Below, piece by piece: positions 32,014 to 38,411 of a stretch of DNA of 38,824 nt; the first letter of the stretch is position 1; each line of letters starts with the position of its first letter. The DNA is from a virus: the IMG/VR virus record IMGVR_UViG_3300014838_000008. One strand, written 5' to 3'. Below the pieces are notes generated by a model. That model made no database searches. It saw only the letters and a program-made list of their open reading frames with translations, and was not told the origin of the DNA. Position numbers and translations under genes: made by a program.

Positions 32014-32293
32014 GTGTAAGGGGTGCGGTGCGCCCCTTTCCGATGAAGAGATAAAACAAGCAGAGGAGAGATACAATGAGTTCCACAATGAATTTGAAGC
32101 TCTGCTTCATAAATATAAACTTAATCCATCAGAAAGATATAATTTCTCTGTGGCGGTCGCCCTTGCGAGTATAGCAACTCTCTTTGACACGCGAGCAGAA
32201 GGCGCTTGCGCTTTCATTTACTCTCTTTTTAAAGAGTTTGAGCGTGATATGGAAGGAGATGAAGTTGTTGGCGTGAGGAAATCGTATGAGTGA
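31994..32293 (+). CDS. Member 1 (most divergent) of a 4-gene tandem paralogue family, 99 aa
   Basis: ...YNEFHNEFEALLHKYKLNPSERYNFSVAVALASIATLF... aligns with the Y-P-x-F-x-x-E-L-x-x-L-L-N-K-H-x-V-x-P core of the next three ORFs. Confidence 0.45.
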   Translation: MKKNQRECKGCGAPLSDEEIKQAEERYNEFHNEFEALLHKYKLNPSERYNFSVAVALASIATLFDTRAEGACAFIYSLFKEFERDMEGDEVVGVRKSYE

Positions 32294-32531
32294 AGAATAC
32301 ACCCTTGATTCAAAATATCCTGGAATGAAAGAGAAATTATCTATTTTATTTAGAGAGTTTAAAGTAGATGATTGTGACAAATTTCATATTGGTTGTAATT
32401 TCATTTTTCCAGTTTTATTTATGAATGGTAATGATTTTGATAAAAATCTTAGTCTTTTATTAATAAAAATAAAACAAGAAGCATATTCAGCAAAAGATTT
32501 AATCGATTCAATTTTGAGGAAAGATGTTTAA
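32286..32531 (+). CDS. Member 2 of the tandem paralogue family, 81 aa
   Basis: KYPGMKEKLSILFREFKVDDCDKF... 8-nt overlaps with both neighbours. Confidence 0.45.
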   Translation: MSEEYTLDSKYPGMKEKLSILFREFKVDDCDKFHIGCNFIFPVLFMNGNDFDKNLSLLLIKIKQEAYSAKDLIDSILRKDV

Positions 32532-32760
32532 GAGAATGAACGCGGAAGAGCATTACCCTGGTTTTATGGAAGAGCTTATCGCGCTATTGAATAAGCACAA
32601 CGTGACCCCAGGCGATTTTGTCGGCTTTGCGGTTGAAATGATGGCAGATATATGCGTAGAAAAAACCGATGCGCCCTATGAGGCTCTCAAGCGGACTCGA
32701 ATGGCTTTAACCTATGTAGTAGATGAGAAAATCAAAGAAAAAGAGGGGATAATGAAATGA
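32524..32760 (+). CDS. Member 3 of the tandem paralogue family, 78 aa
   Basis: EEHYPGFMEELIALLNKHNVTPGDFVGFAVEM...DAPYEALKRTRMALTYVVDEKIK. Confidence 0.5.
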   Translation: MFKRMNAEEHYPGFMEELIALLNKHNVTPGDFVGFAVEMMADICVEKTDAPYEALKRTRMALTYVVDEKIKEKEGIMK

Positions 32761-32999
32761 CAATTTTTCCTATGAAAAACATAAAAGAGGAATACCCTAA
32801 TTTTAGGCAAGAATTGCATGACCTGCTTAATAAACATAAAGTAAAACCTACGGATTGGCAAGGGATATGTATAAGCTTTGCAGGGGCGCTTTGTGTCTAT
32901 CTCAATGAAGATCCTTATCCAGCATTGGAAAATAGCCGAATGGCGTTAACTGAAATTGTAGACAATCTAATTAAAATAAAAGAGGAAGGCCCAAAATGA
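32757..32999 (+). CDS. Member 4 of the tandem paralogue family, 80 aa
   Basis: KEEYPNFRQELHDLLNKHKVKPTDWQGICISF...DPYPALENSRMALTEIVDNLIK. Clear similarity to member 3. Confidence 0.5.
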   Translation: MTIFPMKNIKEEYPNFRQELHDLLNKHKVKPTDWQGICISFAGALCVYLNEDPYPALENSRMALTEIVDNLIKIKEEGPK

Positions 33000-33244
33000 C
33001 CAAAAAACTTACCTATGAAGTACAAAGAGAAGTTTCCAGCTATCTTTTAAAGGCTGGAATCAGAGGGCTGCTATCCAATGAGGTAAATCGATCTATTGAA
33101 AAAGGGGTTGAATCGGGCAAATGGGATGCTACATTTGCAATGGACGGCATGAAGATCTTTGAAGAAGATCTGAAAAGATTCATGAAGGAAGCAATCGACG
33201 AATGCCGAAAAGAGATTCGCGAGCAATCAGAAGGCAGGCATTGA
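32996..33244 (+). CDS. Hypothetical protein, 82 aa
   Basis: ORF track entry. ATGA overlap with the previous gene. Confidence 0.45.
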   Translation: MTKKLTYEVQREVSSYLLKAGIRGLLSNEVNRSIEKGVESGKWDATFAMDGMKIFEEDLKRFMKEAIDECRKEIREQSEGRH

Positions 33245-33245
33245 G

Positions 33246-33335
33246 ATGCTTTATCTTTTAATTTTAGGGATATGGCTTTTTATCTATGCCCGCATATTAA
33301 TTTCCAGAAAAAAATCAATCATGGAGAATAAATGA
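33246..33335 (+). CDS. 29-aa membrane peptide (MLYLLILGIWLFIYARILISRKKSIMENK)
   Basis: The ATG lies 1 nt after the previous stop. A TM segment followed by a basic tail. Confidence 0.3.
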   Translation: MLYLLILGIWLFIYARILISRKKSIMENK

Positions 33336-33478
33336 TAGCCGTTCTTATCATAGCATGTTGGTACTTCATCGATACCCAAAACAATCGGATAACGAGCATG
33401 GAGCGTTCAATTCGCGAGCTTAAAGATCAAGAATTTGATCCTTATGCCGACTCATATGACAATTTTCATGGCGGTTAA
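33332..33478 (+). CDS. 48-aa N-terminally anchored peptide (MIAVLIIACWYFIDTQNNRITSMERSIRELKDQ...)
   Basis: ATGA overlap with the previous mini-ORF. Its 3' end overlaps the convergent rep gene by 27 nt. Confidence 0.3.
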   Translation: MIAVLIIACWYFIDTQNNRITSMERSIRELKDQEFDPYADSYDNFHGG

Positions 33479-34348
33479 ACGCGCCAAAACCTGCTTTTCA
33501 AACTCAGGATCGGTATATTCAAAAATTACTGATCCTGTAGCAAAATTGAAAGCTAACCCTTGTTGTTCAGCAATGATATTATGTTTTTCTCCATGCTTAT
33601 CTGCGATTTTCTTTGCTAACTCTATATTTGCTGATGATGATGGCTTTGAAAAAGCATCCGGATTCAAATGCACACCCTTCCTTACCATTGCTAGCACGTA
33701 ACCCCCTAAATTCTTCTTACAAGCCCTCCTGATCGCTTCTCTATCATTCAAGAACCATACCATACCGGCCCCCGCCGTGACTTCATCCAATGAAGAATAA
33801 AGGGCCTTCCTGACGATTTCATTCTCTCTCTCTATGGGATCGAGCTTTTCCTCAACAACAACCTCTTTTTCAGGCTTTACCGGCAAAGGCTCAGGCTTTG
33901 AAGGGGTAGGGGATGATGTTGTTTCTTGGTTAAGTCTATCTTTAGTTAAGTCATTCTTTAGTAGTTGCGGGTTATCCGCTCGCGGTTCGTCCGTTAACGG
34001 AAAACCCGTTTGCGGTAATCTTTTCTTGAAAATTCCTGGACATTCTTTTAAATTTGATTCTTCTAACATCTCATAATCATAAGCAAGGAATCGGCCTTTT
34101 GGATCTTTCGCTTGAACTCTTTCACAATAGCCAAAATGAATTAATTCATTTATCGAAGAAGTGATTGCTTCTCGCCCTTCTAAAAGAACTTTTTCTAATT
34201 GTATAACATGAAATTCCCAATCATCTGGTTTCGACATGCAATAAGCCCAAAATCCCTTTGCTTTGAGGGAAATTTTATCATTGAGAAGCATTGCTTTATC
34301 TAAAGTGACGAAATTTCTTTGACGTTTTCTTTTGCGAATTACAGACAT
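33452..34348 (-). CDS. Replication initiator / replisome organiser with an N-terminal winged-helix domain, 298 aa
   Basis: FVTLDKAMLLNDKISLKAKGFWAYCMSKPDDWEFHVIQL...GREAITSSINELIHFGYCER is typical of phage and plasmid Rep wHTH domains. Strong SD (aggag). Iteron-like repeats lie inside the linker-coding region. Confidence 0.55.
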   Translation of the reverse strand: MSVIRKRKRQRNFVTLDKAMLLNDKISLKAKGFWAYCMSKPDDWEFHVIQLEKVLLEGREAITSSINELIHFGYCERVQAKDPKGRFLAYDYEMLEESNLKECPGIFKKRLPQTGFPLTDEPRADNPQLLKNDLTKDRLNQETTSSPTPSKPEPLPVKPEKEVVVEEKLDPIERENEIVRKALYSSLDEVTAGAGMVWFLNDREAIRRACKKNLGGYVLAMVRKGVHLNPDAFSKPSSSANIELAKKIADKHGEKHNIIAEQQGLAFNFATGSVIFEYTDPEFEKQVLARLTAMKIVI

Positions 34349-34394
34349 TTTTTCTCCTAAAATTAGATTTTTTCAGGAGTTTCTAAAAAACCTC

Positions 34395-34422
34395 TTGCGA
34401 TTTATTCGCAGTTTCTTAGAAT
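34395..34422 (+). promoter_or_regulatory. Promoter: A6 tract, TTGCGA-N16-TAGAAT
   Basis: -35 at 34395-34400, -10 at 34417-34422. No ORF follows before the terminator at 34489-34518. Confidence 0.5.
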
Positions 34423-34428
34423 TGAAGT

Positions 34429-34518
34429 AACAACAGAATGCTCCTGAAAGTTCATTCGGTTGCTTTCCTTTAGACCACTTATTCTCTACCCCATCGAAAG
34501 ACTCCGATGGGGTTTTTT
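34429..34518 (+). ncRNA. Candidate ~90-nt small RNA (5' hairpin with a CUCCUGAAA loop plus an intrinsic terminator)
   Basis: Bounded by the promoter above and a canonical terminator. Hairpin 34431-34440/34453-34462 has 10 bp with 1 mismatch. No ORF. Confidence 0.35.
34489..34518 (+). terminator. Rho-independent terminator
   Basis: ccccatcg-aaagactc-cgatgggg followed by tttttt. Confidence 0.7.
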
Positions 34519-34639
34519 ATTGTTCTCTTTTCCGATCCTACTCAATTTATTATTTTAGCCCAAGAAAAATTTATCTTCCCCTAAAAAGCTCCTTGCGCTT
34601 TAATCTCTATCTAAAATTCTAACTAATAGGGAGGATTCA

Positions 34640-35092
34640 ATGCGTCAGTCATATTTACATTTAAAATTCATCGAGTTTAAACAGAAAATTAAGGATTTTT
34701 TATATCAAACCAAGAAGGTGAGAGCGCTGGAAAATTATCTAAGCTGCGCCCCTATTCCAATGCACGCCTATCTATCCAATAGACAATACCTGAACCATAT
34801 CACCGAGCTATTGAAGCAAGATTTTATCGACCCGATCGAGGAGCGCTATCTGAATGACCGTATCGCCAGCCTTGAGATCGATGCTTTGACCTGGGCGCAT
34901 AAAACTCCCTGGGTTAAAAGAGAGATGGCTAATCTAAGGCAGAAGCGCGTCAGCCGGAAGCAAGATCGTCAATCCAAAAAAGAAGCAAGCCAGATCATGT
35001 TTCCTTTCGTGGATCTGGACAAGAAGCACGCTATCGCCGTTCCGCTTAATGTGCTGGTCGCTAAGTCCAAACAACAACAAGCGAGGGTATAA
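34640..35092 (+). CDS. Hypothetical cytoplasmic protein, 150 aa
   Basis: ORF track entry. Strong SD (agggagg). Confidence 0.5.
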   Translation: MRQSYLHLKFIEFKQKIKDFLYQTKKVRALENYLSCAPIPMHAYLSNRQYLNHITELLKQDFIDPIEERYLNDRIASLEIDALTWAHKTPWVKREMANLRQKRVSRKQDRQSKKEASQIMFPFVDLDKKHAIAVPLNVLVAKSKQQQARV

Positions 35093-35613
35093 TGACCTCA
35101 GATGTGATAATCTTTATTTTATCTAGCGTTATGTTTGGCTGCTCGTTGTTTCTTGTGGCCTACTTGGCAAATAAAACTCAGAAATTAATAATTGAAATTA
35201 GTGATATTAAAAAATCTCTTATCAATCTATCTGAAAATACAGTTGAAAAAGTTAATACTGATTTATATGAAATCAAATTAATGAAGGATACTATCTTAGG
35301 GAATGTCGTCCAGTCTTATAAAACACCTATAGCTCCGGCGGAAGTCCGGCGAACGGTAAAAGTAACTCCTGCTCAAATTCGAACAGGTATAAATAATTTA
35401 AATAAGCATAGAGAAAAACAGCTGGCTCTTAAACAAGAAAAGCTGAAGCAAGAGGCTGAAAGAAAAAATGAAAGAAAATATAAAAATCCTCCAGAAATTC
35501 GAGAAGTCAATAAGTTGAAGGCTCGGGAATATAGAGATAAGCTAAAGAAAATGGGCCAGCAAAGAGCTGACCCACAAGAGACCGACAACATCATAGCATA
35601 TGTTAATGACTAG
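35092..35613 (+). CDS. N-terminally membrane-anchored coiled-coil protein with a basic C-terminus, 173 aa
   Basis: TM segment IIFILSSVMFGCSLFLVAYL, then heptad-rich and K/R/E-rich sequence. The start overlaps the previous stop. Confidence 0.5.
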   Translation: MTSDVIIFILSSVMFGCSLFLVAYLANKTQKLIIEISDIKKSLINLSENTVEKVNTDLYEIKLMKDTILGNVVQSYKTPIAPAEVRRTVKVTPAQIRTGINNLNKHREKQLALKQEKLKQEAERKNERKYKNPPEIREVNKLKAREYRDKLKKMGQQRADPQETDNIIAYVND

Positions 35614-36467
35614 GAAGCTTTCCTCTTAGACGATCCGTTGATCATCCAGTATCGGGCAGAAAGCTTCTTATAATCGTTCAGGTTTATACCATCGGCACGC
35701 ATTTTCTCAAAGTCATAACTGGTATTCTGGCTTTGATAAATTTTGACTCCATCGAGGATAAAGTTGCGCTCAGGGCCTAGTTGAAGCAACTCTTCTTTTA
35801 TGGAGTCTTTTTTGGCTTTCAAGGCTTTCTCTTCTGCCGTGATTGCTTGGTATTGCTTCAATAGATCTGACCCGTGAGGGTGATCAAATTGAACATAATC
35901 CCTATCGGTGAGGGGAGGCGCTTCATTATATTGGAGGCAGTTGTAGAATTCCTCCTCGGCCTTATGGAGTTTGGCGATGAATTTATCATCCCGATCTACA
36001 GTGCAAACAGTGATTTCTCCTTCATAAAAACAGCAATAGAACGCTTTCTTTATATCAGTGACCATCATCTGATGCTGCATTTGAGCCATATAATATTCAG
36101 GGATCTCTCCATTATTGGCTGCAACGAAAAGGCGTGCGCCCCCACATTTGATCTCTAAAATGAAATCTCCATCGATCCCATCTAAGCTCGCCATCTGCCA
36201 GCCATTATCAGCCTCATAGACTGCCGGCTGCATGTTCATCTCCCAACGCTCATTGAAGAGATTGCGAGCGACCGGCTCATTGTCAGAGCCTATTTGCATG
36301 GCTGCATTGACGGCGGTTTCTGCCCCAGAGATTTTTTCTTCCCAGAGCTGATAAGGCGTTTTCCAAGGGGATATCCCTAAGACAACTGCTGCCTCGGAAG
36401 CGCCGATACGCTTTCGGCGATACTCCTTCCATTCGAGAGATCCCTGCTCTAATTCGATCTTTTTCAT
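35610..36467 (-). CDS. YqaJ-like (lambda Exo-type PD-(D/E)XK) recombination exonuclease, 285 aa
   Basis: QGSLEWKEYRRKRIGASEAAVVLGISPWKTPYQLWEEK is the YqaJ N-terminal signature. ...LDGI...LEIKC... supplies the D...E-x-K core. Coupled to erf. Confidence 0.75.
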   Translation of the reverse strand: MKKIELEQGSLEWKEYRRKRIGASEAAVVLGISPWKTPYQLWEEKISGAETAVNAAMQIGSDNEPVARNLFNERWEMNMQPAVYEADNGWQMASLDGIDGDFILEIKCGGARLFVAANNGEIPEYYMAQMQHQMMVTDIKKAFYCCFYEGEITVCTVDRDDKFIAKLHKAEEEFYNCLQYNEAPPLTDRDYVQFDHPHGSDLLKQYQAITAEEKALKAKKDSIKEELLQLGPERNFILDGVKIYQSQNTSYDFEKMRADGINLNDYKKLSARYWMINGSSKRKAS

Positions 36468-37111
36468 GCTGCACCCTCACGCTTTAAGGCATGAGTGATC
36501 AATTTTATCACGTCATTGTATTGAGTCTGGGGGATGTCAGCGATGAGATCTTGCTGAGTGAATTTTAAGATCTCTCCTCTCATTTCAGGCAGATCCTTTA
36601 TCAATAGCTTGATATTATCGATCTGGCCCTTATTGAGAGTGGGGCTCTCAGGTTCAATCGCAACTTTAGGCTTTATTGGCTCAGCCTTTTTCTTTGGCTC
36701 TTCTTTTTTATCCTGATAGGCATCTACCTCATCCTCATCTCCAGATTCCAGCACAAATGTTTTCAGAAGGATATATTTATAAGCATAGGACATCGCCTTG
36801 CCATAGCCTTTATCCTGGGTGTCGAGAGCATAGCCCCAGCCCTCTACCGTGATTTTTTCATCGGGTTTATCGATATTGATGAAATCGACGGTTAATTGAA
36901 TCGAATGTTTATTCTCGGTAATCACATAGCTGATCACATGAGGAATCGGCATGATCCCATGATTGGCCAAGGGCATGTGCATGAGCGAGCTAACGTCATC
37001 ATGACTGACGAAGTTATACTGCATTCCCTGCTTGCGCTCTCTTTTTTTGATGTAGGTCACTTCCTTCATCACGGCATTCATTCTCTGATAAATATTCAAG
37101 ACTTTTTCCAT
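36464..37111 (-). CDS. erf: Erf-family single-strand annealing protein, 215 aa
   Basis: IYQRMNAVMKEV.YI.K......YNFVSHDDV and GYGKAMSYAYKYILLKTFVLESGDEDEVD match Erf conserved blocks. Confidence 0.7.
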   Translation of the reverse strand: MEKVLNIYQRMNAVMKEVTYIKKRERKQGMQYNFVSHDDVSSLMHMPLANHGIMPIPHVISYVITENKHSIQLTVDFINIDKPDEKITVEGWGYALDTQDKGYGKAMSYAYKYILLKTFVLESGDEDEVDAYQDKKEEPKKKAEPIKPKVAIEPESPTLNKGQIDNIKLLIKDLPEMRGEILKFTQQDLIADIPQTQYNDVIKLITHALKREGAA

Positions 37112-37119
37112 AATTTTCC

Positions 37120-37248
37120 CTAAAGGTAATTGATTAATTCATTGTAAGGGGCATACTCTCTATCCAGCCCGAAAAACACACTCATGCACTCATGCAGATC
37201 GAAGTCGGCAGGATTCAATTCGCGCCAATGCTTGATCCAGTCGCTCAT
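37120..37248 (-). CDS. Hypothetical 42-aa protein (MSDWIKHWRELNPADFDLHECMSVFFGLDREYAPYNELINYL)
   Basis: Internal ATG of track ORF 37120..37326. The upstream part overlaps 37190..37381 in another frame. Confidence 0.3.
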   Translation of the reverse strand: MSDWIKHWRELNPADFDLHECMSVFFGLDREYAPYNELINYL

Positions 37249-37381
37249 CGTAGTCGATGTCATCATCATCTTCGTCGTAAAAGTCGTCATCTTCCTCCAT
37301 CGGTAAATTATCGAGGCATTCTTCACAAATGCCGCATGTGCAAAAGATTGGATCAGGCTCTTCGAGGTATCTATCTATCAT
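37190..37381 (-). CDS. Acidic Cys-rich small protein, 63 aa
   Basis: ORF track entry. FCTCGICEECL followed by a D/E run. SD aaaggag. First gene of the leftward early operon. Confidence 0.45.
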   Translation of the reverse strand: MIDRYLEEPDPIFCTCGICEECLDNLPMEEDDDFYDEDDDDIDYDERLDQALARIESCRLRSA

Positions 37382-37464
37382 AAAAACTCCTTTAAAACCT
37401 GATATATTCTTTTTGCGATTTCTTTTCTATCCTCAAACCTTTATGATTTTTCGGATGCTTAGGG

Positions 37465-37494
37465 AATATAGCTTTTCTACTGATTTTTACACAA
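37465..37494 (-). promoter_or_regulatory. Leftward early promoter TTGTGT-N18-TATATT
   Basis: Minus strand: -35 at 37494..37489, -10 at 37470..37465. Back-to-back with the rightward promoter. Confidence 0.4.
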
Positions 37495-37504
37495 CATTTT
37501 TTCT

Positions 37505-37533
37505 TTGCATTATTTTTTTCGTCATGATTTAAT
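37505..37533 (+). promoter_or_regulatory. Rightward early promoter TTGCAT-N17-TTTAAT with TG extended -10
   Basis: -35 at 37505-37510, TGa + TTTAAT at 37525-37533, 22 nt upstream of ATG 37555. Confidence 0.4.
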
Positions 37534-37554
37534 ATTCAAAAACTATAGGATGGT

Positions 37555-37761
37555 ATGAAGCTGAAAGAATATTTAGATTTATCTGATTTCAGTCCGAAAG
37601 AGATCGCTGCTCAATGGAAGATTCCCTATTGCACGCTACTGGCTTATGCGAGAGGTGATCACTTCCCTGGCCAAAAGAGAGCTGAGGAGATAGAGAGAAT
37701 GACCAAAAGACAAATAACCGTAAGAGAATTAAGAGGCAAAGATGAGCGATTCAGAAGATAG
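37555..37761 (+). CDS. Cro/YdaS-like HTH regulator, 68 aa
   Basis: SPKEIAAQWKIPYCTLLAYARGDHFPGQKRAEEIERMT fits the Cro/CI-type HTH pattern. First gene of the rightward operon. Confidence 0.55.
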   Translation: MKLKEYLDLSDFSPKEIAAQWKIPYCTLLAYARGDHFPGQKRAEEIERMTKRQITVRELRGKDERFRR

Positions 37762-38164
37762 AGGATCGATGCTGACGTTGAGAAAAGCATCAGAAAAATG
37801 CAAGGTCAAGCGGCAGGCTATCTATATAGCCATAAAAAAAGGGCAGATCAAAGCCGTGCAGAATGAAAAGAAGCGCTGGTATATGTGGGAGAAAGATGTT
37901 GATGATTATCGGATCACCAAATACAGCCGAGATAAAAGCACCTTCAACGGCGCTCCTCTCTATGATCCTGCTAATGAAGAGATGGGCGTAGGGCATGTGG
38001 CTAAGATGCTGGGGATAGATAAAGCCCGCGTCTATTATTTAGCCAGAAAGGGCGAGATCCCTCACACCAGAAAGGGCACTGTTTATGTTTTTAAGCGAGC
38101 AGATATTGTTAAAGCCTTTGAAGAGAAGCCAGCAGATCCTAATCAGCAAGTAATGAATATATGA
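37742..38164 (+). CDS. Protein with two excisionase/MerR-type HTH (HTH_17-like) repeats, 140 aa
   Basis: LTLRKASEKCKVKRQAIYIAIKKGQIKA...KRWYMWEKDV and GVGHVAKMLGIDKARVYYLARKGEIPHTRKGTVYVFKRADI. Confidence 0.5.
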   Translation: MSDSEDRGSMLTLRKASEKCKVKRQAIYIAIKKGQIKAVQNEKKRWYMWEKDVDDYRITKYSRDKSTFNGAPLYDPANEEMGVGHVAKMLGIDKARVYYLARKGEIPHTRKGTVYVFKRADIVKAFEEKPADPNQQVMNI

Positions 38165-38361
38165 TCCATATAGTTATATTTATGAGCATAGTTATGCTAC
38201 TTGGAGCAATAGCAATTGGCTGGTTTTTCGGTGAATTTATGGATCTATTATTCTATGAATTTAGAAGGAAACACCGTTGGGTTGGCAGTCTTATTTCTGG
38301 TGTATTAGGTGGCTTATGGGGTCATTATTGTTTCTTTATAATCAAGAAAATAAATCTTTAA
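38161..38361 (+). CDS. 2-TM small membrane protein, 66 aa
   Basis: ORF track entry. Hydrophobic segments IVIFMSIVMLLGAIAIGWFF and LISGVLGGLWGHYCFFII. Confidence 0.45.
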   Translation: MIHIVIFMSIVMLLGAIAIGWFFGEFMDLLFYEFRRKHRWVGSLISGVLGGLWGHYCFFIIKKINL

Positions 38362-38411
38362 CTTAATTATTGAATCTTCTACATATCCAATTAAGGGTAG
38401 TAGGAGATTTA

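Noticed and set aside
35610-35613. Convergent genes 35092..35613 (+) and 35610..36467 (-) overlap in the palindrome CTAG, which supplies both stop codons
   Set aside because: A real but trivial consequence of TAG being self-complementary within CTAG. It is noted only because it means there is no terminator between the convergent units.
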